From: Thermoleophilia bacterium
GTDB lineage: Bacteria; Actinomycetota; Thermoleophilia; Gaiellales; Gaiellaceae
Reading direction: 5' to 3'
Assembly (NCBI GenBank): GCA_014534345.1
Contig: JACVRR010000001.1
Coordinates: forward strand, 3,507 to 67,506
DNA length: 64,000 bases
A program made the translations under genes and the position numbers. Shown here piece by piece: positions 36,591-44,920 of the stretch. The notes beneath the pieces are model-generated. The model did no database searches. It worked only from the letters and a program-made list of their open reading frames with translations, and was not told the origin of the DNA. The first letter of the stretch is position 1; each line of letters opens with the position of its first letter.

Positions 36591-36764
36591 TTAGACCTTG
36601 CCGGCGATGTTGCTGAGAATGGTGTCGATGTTGGTGCCGAGCAGCGTGAGCGCGCCGATCGCCACGACCGAGATCAGCCCGAGTATGAGGGCGTACTCGA
36701 CGAGGGCCTGGCCCTCCTCGCGCTCGCGCATCCGCTCGAGCAGGTAATCGTAGATAGTCGCCAT
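36591..36764 (-). CDS. flp: Flp/Fap-family pilin (57 aa)
   Basis: The translation is MATIYDYLLERMREREEGQALVEYALILGLISVVAIGALTLLGTNIDTILSNIAGKV, with the G/QALVEY motif. Confidence 0.85.
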   Translation of the reverse strand: MATIYDYLLERMREREEGQALVEYALILGLISVVAIGALTLLGTNIDTILSNIAGKV

Positions 36765-36905
36765 TTCGGCTTCTCTCCTCCTTGGGGGACGCCCCCGTCG
36801 GTCTTGCGCGCTGGGAAGGCCCCTACCGCGCTCGTACGTCCAGCCCAATCACGCGGGATCGGCGAAGTGCTTGGCCGAATCGTCGCGCAGCAACGCCCTG
36901 GGAAT

Positions 36906-36965
36906 CCCCAGACGCCGTCGAAGCCGGCGTATCGGCCCGCGATGACTGCCAGGCGGCGTCTGGGG
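36906..36965 (-). promoter_or_regulatory. second copy of the 60-nt stem-loop, downstream of flp3
   Basis: The 12-bp arms are the same as at 36504-36563, and the loop differs at a few positions. Confidence 0.55.
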
Positions 36966-36993
36966 AACCCGCGGCTCTCAACGAACCGTCGCC

Positions 36994-37167
36994 TTAGACC
37001 TTGCCGGCGATGTTGCTGAGAATCGTGTTGATGTTCGTGCCGAGCAGCGTGAGCGCGCCGATCGCCACGACCGAGATCAGCCCGAGGATGAGGGCGTACT
37101 CGACGAGGGCCTGGCCCTCCTCGCGCTTCTGCATCCGGTCGAGCAGGTAATCGTAGATGGCCGTCAT
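36994..37167 (-). CDS. flp: Flp/Fap-family pilin (57 aa), near-identical to the 36591..36764 copy
   Basis: The translation is MTAIYDYLLDRMQKREEGQALVEYALILGLISVVAIGALTLLGTNINTILSNIAGKV. The RBS GGAGGAGGAG lies upstream. Confidence 0.85.
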   Translation of the reverse strand: MTAIYDYLLDRMQKREEGQALVEYALILGLISVVAIGALTLLGTNINTILSNIAGKV

Positions 37168-37375
37168 ACGGCTCCTCCTCCTTCCGGGCACCTCTACGCC
37201 CGGATCGCTTAGTGCCTGCCGATCGCCGACAGGCCCGTTTCCCGCGGCCCATAGTCGACTAAGTGCGCCGACCGGGAACCGACCGAAGGGTTAGTTCCGG
37301 CCACCCGTTGGGCGTTTCCGGGTCTTAGCGCGCCGAAGCGGCGCTCCCGCTCGCCGGCGCACGCGATCGCGCGAT

Positions 37376-38575
37376 CTACCTAGCGCGGTTCGCTGCGGGC
37401 GCGGGATGGTGCCCGCGCCGGCCCGCGCACGTAGAGGCGGCCGTCTCCGGGCGAAAAACCGCGCCGGCGAGGACAACGGCCGCGGCCGCGAGCATCGAGC
37501 CGATCTCGAGCGGGTCGCCGAAGCTCTGGAGGATCGCGAGCCAGAACACCATGGGCAGCACCCAGAGCGGCGTCAGTCGCGGGCGCCGGATCGCGATCGG
37601 AACGAGCAGGACGACGAAGTAGTGTCCCCACAGCATCGGGGTCAGGGCGAACGCCGCCCCGACCGTCGCGACGAACGCACGGAAGTCGCCGTCGCGACCG
37701 CGACCGAGGACGAGCGCGCCGGCGAGTAGTGCAGCGCCGAGCGCGTACGAGAGCGCTTTCGCGGCGCCGGCGCCCAGCCCGAGCGAGAGGCCGAGCGCGG
37801 CTACCGAGTAGCCCTTCCACTGGAGGACCTCCGTCAGGACGCGGAGCAGCTCCGGATAGTCGCGCAGTCCGTCGAAGCCGATCAGGGCCCACGGGACGAC
37901 GACGGCGACGAGCCCGCCGAGCGCCGCCAGCGCCGCCGCCGCGTATCGGCGGGTCGCCAGCAGCCAGACGCCGAGCGGCCAGAGGAACAGCTTGGCGGCC
38001 ACGAGCAGCGCGACGGTCAGCGCGACGACGCGCGTACGGTGGCGGTAGCGCCAGGCCAGCGCCACGCCGAGTGCGAGCAGCGCGCTCATCGCGCCCAGCC
38101 GGATCCCGTGGAGCACTCCGCCGGCGAGGAACGCCGCTCCGTAGCAGCGCCAGTCGCGCACGCCCAGCACCCAGAGGGTGAGTGCCACGGCGCCGATCAG
38201 CAGGAGAGAGACCGCGGCGGCGGCGACGTCGAACGGCAGCAGACTCAGCGGCGAGCCGACGATCGCCGTAATCGGCGGGTACACGTACTGGTCCTCGGCG
38301 ATCAAGTGCTCCGGAACGGGAGCTGGGTACGGCGACGCGCCGTCGAGGATCCTGCGCCCCGCACGCCAGACCGCGCCGTAGTCGAAGCCGAGCCCGAAAC
38401 CGACGCCGAGCGAGGTCGCCTTCTGGAGGACGGCGACCGTCAGTGCCACGGGCCCGACCGCGAAGACGAGCAGCGAGCCGACCCGGCGTGCGGCAGCGGC
38501 GAGCGTCGCGGCGGCAACCGGCGGGCGCGGCGAGACCGCGGGGGCGGCGGTGGAGGGACGGGGGCTCGCGGACAC
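37376..38575 (-). CDS. GT87/DUF2029-family polytopic glycosyltransferase (PimE-like GT-C)
   Basis: ORF 37376..38575 is multi-TM with the motifs YVYPPITA and AAKLFLWPL. It is paralogous to 41001..42182. Confidence 0.65.
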   Translation of the reverse strand: MSASPRPSTAAPAVSPRPPVAAATLAAAARRVGSLLVFAVGPVALTVAVLQKATSLGVGFGLGFDYGAVWRAGRRILDGASPYPAPVPEHLIAEDQYVYPPITAIVGSPLSLLPFDVAAAAVSLLLIGAVALTLWVLGVRDWRCYGAAFLAGGVLHGIRLGAMSALLALGVALAWRYRHRTRVVALTVALLVAAKLFLWPLGVWLLATRRYAAAALAALGGLVAVVVPWALIGFDGLRDYPELLRVLTEVLQWKGYSVAALGLSLGLGAGAAKALSYALGAALLAGALVLGRGRDGDFRAFVATVGAAFALTPMLWGHYFVVLLVPIAIRRPRLTPLWVLPMVFWLAILQSFGDPLEIGSMLAAAAVVLAGAVFRPETAASTCAGRRGHHPAPAANRAR

Positions 38576-38766
38576 GCGCAGGGTCGGTCGGCGGCAGGCC
38601 GCCGCCGTCGAGCTGATGGTGGCTCACGCCGGCAGCCGCGCGCCTCACCGAACGAGTAGTCGCGGCCATCCCTTCCAACGGAAGAGCGCGGCTCTTCGCG
38701 GCCCGTTCGAGCGACGGGTTCGATCTACCCCTTTGGCCCGCGCGAGGGCGTAGCGCAGGCGCTTCG

Positions 38767-39273
38767 ATGGGCGACATGCTTTCGCCGCAGACGAGGGCCG
38801 ACGGCAGGGTCGACGCGCTCGGCGTTGTCGCAGCGCGCACTCCGCTCGGCGCGCGGAGGACCACCGTCGCGTTGACGTCGCTCAGCAACTGGCTCCAGTT
38901 CGTCCGCTTTTGTCTCGTCGGACTGAGCGGCTACCTCGTGAACCTGATCGTGTTCGGCGCCTGTCTCGGGCTAGGCGTCCACTACCGCGGGGCGGCCGTC
39001 GCCGCTTTCCTCGTCGCGGTCGCCAACAACTACTCCTGGAACCGACTATGGACGTTCTGCGACAGCCGCGGCGACCTCGGTGGCCAGGGGCTCCGCTACC
39101 TGACCGTCTCGGTCGTGGCCCTGGGCGCGAACGTCGCCCTGCTGGAGCTCCTCGTCTCGGTCGGCGCTGCGCCGCTCCACGGCCAGGCGGCGGCGATCCT
39201 GCTAGTGACGCCGCTCAGCTTCGTGGGCAACAAGCTCTGGTCCTTCCGCATCACCCGGCCGGCTGGCGCCTGA
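38767..39273 (+). CDS. gtrA: GtrA-family membrane protein (putative lipid-linked sugar translocase)
   Basis: Motifs are FVRFCLVGLSGYLVNL, NNYSWNRLWTF and FVGNKLWSF. The start is uncertain. Confidence 0.75.
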   Translation: MGDMLSPQTRADGRVDALGVVAARTPLGARRTTVALTSLSNWLQFVRFCLVGLSGYLVNLIVFGACLGLGVHYRGAAVAAFLVAVANNYSWNRLWTFCDSRGDLGGQGLRYLTVSVVALGANVALLELLVSVGAAPLHGQAAAILLVTPLSFVGNKLWSFRITRPAGA

Positions 39274-40645
39274 CATAGAGCGCCGCACCGTCCTCGCGTC
39301 GCACCTCGACGAAGGAGCGGTCGCGTGCGATCCGCTCCGCCGCCGGCCCTCCCGCATCGACGAGGACGACACGGGGCGTCAGCGCGAGCGCGCGGTCGCC
39401 CGCCCGCCGGCCCTGGAGCCAGTCGAGGTAGATCCGCTGGTGTCGAAGCGAGAAGGCATCGAGCGGGTTCGCGATCCATACGCGGCCGCCGGCGAGCGCC
39501 AGTTGCTCCGCCGCGAGCGGTTCCGCGAGGACAGGGGTTCCGCGCGCCCGCTTCAGCGTGTCGCGGAGCATGGCGTCGTCGACGCCCGTGGCGATCGGCC
39601 CGGTCGCTAGCCCGACGGCGGCCGCGGCAGCGGCGACGGCGAGCGCCGTCCATACGATGCGGCGGCGGACCATCCCGGGTAGGTGGAATCCGCGCGCGGC
39701 CGGAACGGCGAGGCCGAAGGCAAGCCACACACCGCTCCGCGCCGCCTTCGCGGTCAGCATGGCGAGCCCGGTGATCGCGACGGCCTCCCATACGGCCGGA
39801 CGCGCGCGGAGCGCGAACACGAGCAGCACACCGGCCCCCGCGAGGAATACGACGTCGAACGGCGACGTCAGCGAGATAGCCTCCCATAGTCCGAAGCCCC
39901 GGCGCGCGGCCTCGCTACGGAGCACACCGACGTAGTACTCGGGCGCGCGGTGAAGCGCGGGGTTGAGCAGGAGGGCGGTCGCCGAGCCCGTCAGCACACC
40001 GAGCGCCGTGAGCGGCTCCTGCCTGCCCCGCTCCAGCAGGAGGTACGCACCCGCGACGGCGAGGCCAGCCAGCACGGCGCCGTGCAGATTCCCCCAGAGC
40101 GCAACCAGCGGCACCAGGAGCCAGATGCGCCGGGACGGCGCGCGGGCCTCGGCGTGAAGGAGCGCCAGCAGCAGCGGAAAGAGAACGAGCGAGAAGAGCT
40201 CCAGTCTGACGACCACGACGTGCTCGAGGGCGCCGGCCGCGACGACCGCCAGAACGAGCGCCGTAGCGCCTTCCGACGCGCCCGCGCGGGACGCGCTGTG
40301 CGCGAGGAGCGAGAGACCGAAGGCGACGGCGGCGAGGTGGATCAGAAGCAGGCCTCGGTCACCGAGTCCGGCCTCGAATGCCCAGAAGATCACCTGTGCG
40401 AGCCCGAGGACGTTCGGCCAACCGGCCGACGGCGCAGTGGCGTACGGAACGCCGTCCGGGATACCGCCGTCGTCGACGATCGCACGCCCGAGCGCCGCCA
40501 CCCAGCGGCTGTCCGCACCGAGCGTGCCGACGAGCGACGCCGCCGCGACGACGGTCAGAATGACGAGCGCCGACGGCGTGCCGAGCCGCGACATCGAGGC
40601 GTTCACGTCCCAGCTGTTCCTCGAACGGGGGCTCGCCGCTGCCAC
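39251..40645 (-). CDS. polytopic membrane protein of unknown family with a C-terminal soluble domain (paralog of 43341..44840)
   Basis: ORF 39251..40645 has more than 10 hydrophobic helices and shares motifs with its paralog (LWGNLHGA vs LWANVHGS). The start may be the internal MSRLG. Confidence 0.6.
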   Translation of the reverse strand: MAAASPRSRNSWDVNASMSRLGTPSALVILTVVAAASLVGTLGADSRWVAALGRAIVDDGGIPDGVPYATAPSAGWPNVLGLAQVIFWAFEAGLGDRGLLLIHLAAVAFGLSLLAHSASRAGASEGATALVLAVVAAGALEHVVVVRLELFSLVLFPLLLALLHAEARAPSRRIWLLVPLVALWGNLHGAVLAGLAVAGAYLLLERGRQEPLTALGVLTGSATALLLNPALHRAPEYYVGVLRSEAARRGFGLWEAISLTSPFDVVFLAGAGVLLVFALRARPAVWEAVAITGLAMLTAKAARSGVWLAFGLAVPAARGFHLPGMVRRRIVWTALAVAAAAAAVGLATGPIATGVDDAMLRDTLKRARGTPVLAEPLAAEQLALAGGRVWIANPLDAFSLRHQRIYLDWLQGRRAGDRALALTPRVVLVDAGGPAAERIARDRSFVEVRREDGAALYVRRQPAG

Positions 40646-40881
40646 GGAGCTGCGCTCAGAGTAGTTTCCGCCGCGCCGGCTCGACGCTCACGGCAGCGTG
40701 CGGAAGGGGAAGCGGCATCCTCGCCGGCTAGCTAGCGCTCGCCAGCCTTTCGGGGGAGGCTCCTGACCCGCCGAGGTGGCACGGTGCGCGTGATGGCGGA
40801 ATCGCGCCGGCCGACGCACGGACGCCGTACCACCCGGCGGCGGGGTTGCACGCCGCGCACGCCGAGCTCCGTCGCCTGCTG

Positions 40882-41004
40882 ATGGCGACCGTGTTCCCGG
40901 TCCTTCCCCTGGCATTCCCAGCCATCTTCGTCTACCTGTTCTTGACACAGGTCCTGGCGGCGAGCGTCGTCCGTTCCGCCGAGACGCCCACGGGCGCCCG
41001 GTGA
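40882..41004 (+). CDS. possible 40-aa hydrophobic peptide translationally coupled to the GT87 gene
   Basis: The translation is MATVFPVLPLAFPAIFVYLFLTQVLAASVVRSAETPTGAR. Third-position GC is high, and the stop overlaps the GTG of 41001 (GTGA). The frame stays open upstream, so a TTG start at 40846 is also possible. Confidence 0.3.
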   Translation: MATVFPVLPLAFPAIFVYLFLTQVLAASVVRSAETPTGAR

Positions 41005-42182
41005 ACGTCTCCACCGGGGTCGGCGAGCGAAACGCGCGGCTGCTCGACCGCGTCGGAGCGCCGTTGAAGCTCTTCTTCTTCGCCGTCCTCCCCGTCATCG
41101 TGACGGGACAAGTGTTGGTGGCCGCCATCAGGCTCGACGCATTCGCGGTCGACTTCCACCACAGCTTCCGACCTGCGGCCGCAGCCGTTCTCGACGGTCG
41201 GTCGCCGTACCTCGACGCTGGGTCCGAACTCGCAAGCGGGGCCGCGTTCGTCTATCCCCCCGTCGCCGCTGTGGTGCTCACGCCGTTCGCGCTCGTACCC
41301 GCGGCAGCGGGGGACGCGCTGTTCACCGCCCTCCTCGTCGCCAGCGCACTGCTCGCCCTCTGGGCGCTGGGCGTACGCGATCCGCGGTGCTACGGCGTCA
41401 CGTTTCTGTGGGCCCCGGTGTTCTCGGCCGTCCAGACCGCGAACGTGACGCTGCTGCTGGTGCTCGGCCTCGCCGTCGTATGGCGCCACCGCGACCGCTT
41501 CGCCGTCGCTGCCACGGTGACAGCCGTCGTCGTCGCGAGCAAGCTGTTTCTGTGGCCGCTCGTCGTCTGGCTCGCGCTCACCCGCCGCTACCGCGCCGCG
41601 GCGGCAGCCGTCGCGCTTGGCGCGGCGCTCACGTTCGGGGCATGGGCGGCGATCGGATTTGCCGGTCTCCGTGAGTACCCGGCGACCATGAGGGTCTTCA
41701 CACGGCTGATGCGGGAGGAGGCATACACACCGTTCGCCGTGGCGCTACAGCTCGGCATTCCCGAGGGTGGTGCTCACGCCCTCGGGCTCGTGATCGGCGG
41801 CGCCGTGCTGGCCGGAAGCGCCTGGTTCGCACGACACGGGCGGGCGGACAAGGCGCTCGTGCTCGCGATCGCCGCGGCGATCCTGTTCTCACCGCTCGTG
41901 TGGCTCCACTACTTCGCGCTGCTGCTCGTGCCGCTCGCGATCCTGCGCCCGACCTTCGGGCCGCTCTGGCTCTTCCCGCTGGGGCTGTGGATCTGCCCGG
42001 CCCGACTCGACGGCCCGAACCTCCTCGCAGCGATCCCGCTGGCCGTCGGCGGCCTGATGCTCTTCCTCGCGCTCCGCGACAGCGGCGAGCGCCTGCTCCC
42101 CGACGAGCCGGGCGGCGGCCGACGGTGGCGGCGCCCACTCCCGATCGCGCGGCGCACGGAGGCGAACACGGCGCCCGCGTAG
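41001..42182 (+). CDS. GT87/DUF2029-family polytopic glycosyltransferase (second paralog)
   Basis: ORF 41001..42182 has the motifs FVYPPVAA and ASKLFLWPL and is colinear with 37376..38575. Confidence 0.65.
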   Translation: MNVSTGVGERNARLLDRVGAPLKLFFFAVLPVIVTGQVLVAAIRLDAFAVDFHHSFRPAAAAVLDGRSPYLDAGSELASGAAFVYPPVAAVVLTPFALVPAAAGDALFTALLVASALLALWALGVRDPRCYGVTFLWAPVFSAVQTANVTLLLVLGLAVVWRHRDRFAVAATVTAVVVASKLFLWPLVVWLALTRRYRAAAAAVALGAALTFGAWAAIGFAGLREYPATMRVFTRLMREEAYTPFAVALQLGIPEGGAHALGLVIGGAVLAGSAWFARHGRADKALVLAIAAAILFSPLVWLHYFALLLVPLAILRPTFGPLWLFPLGLWICPARLDGPNLLAAIPLAVGGLMLFLALRDSGERLLPDEPGGGRRWRRPLPIARRTEANTAPA

Positions 42183-42333
42183 GGTGCTGCGCGTCCGAGC
42201 GACGCGGGCGCCGACGCTCACTGAATCTTCGGCTAGCGGCCACCCCCCTTCCGGGGGAGGTCGTCGGGGCGCGCGGCCGGGAGGGTGGGCGCGTGCGGCC
42301 GTTCACGACTTCGAGCGCGCGCCGGCCGGCCCC

Positions 42334-43326
42334 GTGAAGCTGGCCGCAGGTATCCCGCGCCGGCACGCGGTCGTCGGACTCGGGTTCGGCGTCCCGCTCA
42401 GCGGCGTCTTCCTGTACCTGGCCGCCCGCAACGTGGAATTCGCCCAGGTGGGCGAGTCACTCGCCCCTGCGGACGCCGGGCGGGTCGCCGCCGCGGTCGC
42501 GCTCATCGGCGTGATGTACGTCCTGCAAGCAGCGCGCTGGCGGTTCATCGCACGCCGGGAGAGCGACCAGCCGGTCACCAGCTTCCTGGCTTACGTCGTC
42601 GGAGGCCTCACATGCAACAACCTCGTCCCGGGCCGGGTCGGCGACCTCCTGCGTGTCCATTGGCTCGCGCGCGGCGCGGGCATCCCGCGGACGCGAGCGT
42701 TCGGGACCGTCGTCGTGGACCGCTCGAGCGACCTGCTCGCCCTGGTCGCTCTCCTCCTGCTCACGCTGCCCATCACGCCTCACCCGGCGTGGCTCGGGCG
42801 GATCCATGTCGTAGCCACCGCGGGTGGCGTTGTCCTCCTGGCGCTTCTGGTCGCCGCTCGTCACCACGCGCGCGGCGGGGACAGGAGCGCACGCTCCCGT
42901 CTCGGGGCCAAGGTGTCGGATGGCTTGACGACCATGGCGTCCGCCGTAAACCGGCGGGACGCTCCGGTCGTCGCCGCCTACAGCTTCGCCGCGTGGGCGG
43001 CCTGGTGCGCGTCTGCCTGGCTCGTCGCGTCCTCGCTCGGGATCACGCTCACGCTTCCCCAGATTCTCTTCGCCGCCGCGGTGATCAACCTGGGCGTCGC
43101 TATTCCGTCGTCGCCGGGCTTCGTCGGGACGTACCAGTGGCTGTGCGTGTCGACGCTCGGGCTGCTGGCGGTCGACCGCGTCGACGCGTTCGCCTTCTCC
43201 GTCCTGTTCCATGCCGTCTGGTACGTGCCGACGACGCTCGCCGGCCTGGCGCTCGCTGTCGCGCGCGGCCCAGCCGGGCTCTCGTCGCTTCGCGTGCGAC
43301 CCGCGGTGGTTCGCAGCAGCGGGTAG
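42334..43326 (+). CDS. UPF0104 / lysylphosphatidylglycerol-synthase-TM-like (flippase-like) membrane protein
   Basis: Within ORF 42184..43326. Motifs are GVFLYLAARNVEF, LQAARWRF and NNLVPGRVGDLLRVHW. The start is uncertain (GTG at 42334). Confidence 0.6.
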   Translation: MKLAAGIPRRHAVVGLGFGVPLSGVFLYLAARNVEFAQVGESLAPADAGRVAAAVALIGVMYVLQAARWRFIARRESDQPVTSFLAYVVGGLTCNNLVPGRVGDLLRVHWLARGAGIPRTRAFGTVVVDRSSDLLALVALLLLTLPITPHPAWLGRIHVVATAGGVVLLALLVAARHHARGGDRSARSRLGAKVSDGLTTMASAVNRRDAPVVAAYSFAAWAAWCASAWLVASSLGITLTLPQILFAAAVINLGVAIPSSPGFVGTYQWLCVSTLGLLAVDRVDAFAFSVLFHAVWYVPTTLAGLALAVARGPAGLSSLRVRPAVVRSSG

Positions 43327-43340
43327 TTCGGGCCGGCCCG

Positions 43341-44840
43341 CTACGAGCGCGTCCGTTCGACGACGGCGAGGAACTCGTCTCGATAGATCGCCGTCGCATA
43401 CTCGCCGCGCTCGAGCGCGGCCAGGAGATCATGGTCGTCGCGCGGATCGAGCACGAGGAGCCGACAGCAGTCCGCTGCGGAGAGCCAGTCCGGACCTGAC
43501 ACCGCCTTGAAGTCGACGTACTGCTCGATCTGCCGTTCGGAGTAGAGCTCGAAGCGCACGTCGAGCGCAACGCGCCCTCGCAGCTCAGGATGAGTCCAGA
43601 GCAAGAAGTCGGCGTTGCGATCGGTCGCCATGACGCTCGCGTCGCTTCGCTCGGCGGCGCGAGCGACCGCGTCCGCGCCTGCGAACGACCAGCTACCGAG
43701 CCATGCGCCTGCGGGCCGCGTCGCCGTGTACGCGAGGCAGCCGGCCACGACGACGGCGGCCGCAACACCGGTCGCCAAGTTGACCGCCGGGTTCGTCGCC
43801 CGGGTCGCGGGGAGAAGGTGCTCGAGCACGGCCGGGACGAGCACGATCGCGGCGAGCGCGAACCAGATGGTGTTCCGCTGCGCCGTGAGTGCGGCGGCGA
43901 GCGTGATCACGAGCGCAGCGACCTCGAACGCGGGCACCCTCCCCCCTGCGCGTCCGAGCAGCCACACGACTCCGAACGCAGCGAGGAAGAACGGCGCGTT
44001 TGTGAGCGACGGCGCCGGTGGACGCCACTCGAGGATGAGGTCGCCGAAGGGCGGGTCGATGAGCAGCGCTTCGTAGTAACCGAGCAGTCCGTGGGCGTAC
44101 GGCGACGCGAACACCGTTCCGATGCTCGCTACGCCGAGCAACGCGTGCCTCGCGAGCGAGCGAGCGCCACGCCGACGGTACACGTCGCGCGAGGCCTCAA
44201 TGAGGCAGTGAGCGAGCACGAGCGCCACACCGAGCACGACCGAGCCGTGGACGTTCGCCCACAGCGCGAGTACCGGCACAACGGCGAACACTCGCCGCGA
44301 GGGGCGCCGGTTGTCGTCCGAGAGCAGCCAGACGACCGCGACGAAGAGCGGGAGCGCGAAGACCTGCGCGCGTGCCGTGCTGAGCGGCACCAGCAAGATT
44401 CCGGGGACGGCGACGAGAAGGACGTTGCGGGATGACGCCGGCCTTCGCCGCGCAGCGACGAGCGCGGCTGCGTATGTCCCGATCAGCGTGGAGAACAGGG
44501 CGGATCCCAGCAGCTGGATCCCGCCCGTCGCCATCAACGCGTAGAGGACGAGGTGGGCGAGCCATTGCTGGTCGATCCACTCGGATCCCCGTCCCCAGAT
44601 CGTGAGCGTCTCGTGACTAGGGAGTCCGGTGTTCGCGATCTCCCGACCGGCGACGAGCGAGAGCCACGTGTCCTGTACGACAAAGGCAGGGAGTAGAACC
44701 GTGACGAGCGCAAGCGAGTAGAGCGCGACCGCGACGAGCGTGAACGCGTCCGCCTCGGCCGAGTGCGCGAGCCGGTCGCTCCAGGCACCCGAGCGAGCAG
44801 CGGCCGGCGAAGCGCGACTCGTCGAGGCTCGCGCCGGCAC
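43341..44840 (-). CDS. polytopic membrane protein of unknown family (paralog of 39251..40645)
   Basis: Within ORF 43341..45059. The GTG at 44840 avoids overlap with the divergent GT2 gene. The architecture and motifs are shared with the 39251 gene. Confidence 0.6.
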   Translation of the reverse strand: MPARASTSRASPAAARSGAWSDRLAHSAEADAFTLVAVALYSLALVTVLLPAFVVQDTWLSLVAGREIANTGLPSHETLTIWGRGSEWIDQQWLAHLVLYALMATGGIQLLGSALFSTLIGTYAAALVAARRRPASSRNVLLVAVPGILLVPLSTARAQVFALPLFVAVVWLLSDDNRRPSRRVFAVVPVLALWANVHGSVVLGVALVLAHCLIEASRDVYRRRGARSLARHALLGVASIGTVFASPYAHGLLGYYEALLIDPPFGDLILEWRPPAPSLTNAPFFLAAFGVVWLLGRAGGRVPAFEVAALVITLAAALTAQRNTIWFALAAIVLVPAVLEHLLPATRATNPAVNLATGVAAAVVVAGCLAYTATRPAGAWLGSWSFAGADAVARAAERSDASVMATDRNADFLLWTHPELRGRVALDVRFELYSERQIEQYVDFKAVSGPDWLSAADCCRLLVLDPRDDHDLLAALERGEYATAIYRDEFLAVVERTRS

Positions 44841-44920
44841 GCGTTCAGTGTAGGGCGCGACCCCGCGCGCATCGGGAGCAGGGGCGGCGGCATCGTCGTC
44901 GTCGCCGAGTTCGAGGTGGC

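Larger units (their letters stand above)
36498..37167 (-). repeat. tandem duplication of a unit made of one flp gene plus its 3' stem-loop element (units about 36498-36764 and 36899-37167)
   Basis: The mature pilin coding parts and the ~95-nt 3' flanks are nearly identical between units. The upstream leaders differ. Confidence 0.8.

Noticed and set aside
36504-36965. The flp 3' stem-loops as intrinsic terminators
   Set aside because: No U-rich tract follows either copy on the transcribed strand, the loop is long (36 nt), and one copy sits directly in front of the next gene's RBS. I therefore recorded them as regulatory or structural elements, not terminators.
37380-38888. 502-aa minus-strand ORF overlapping the GT87 gene
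   Set aside because: It is an alternative frame of 37376..38575 and is Arg/Pro/Gly-rich with no hydrophobic helices. The chosen frame gives a coherent multi-TM GT87-like protein that is paralogous to 41001..42182.
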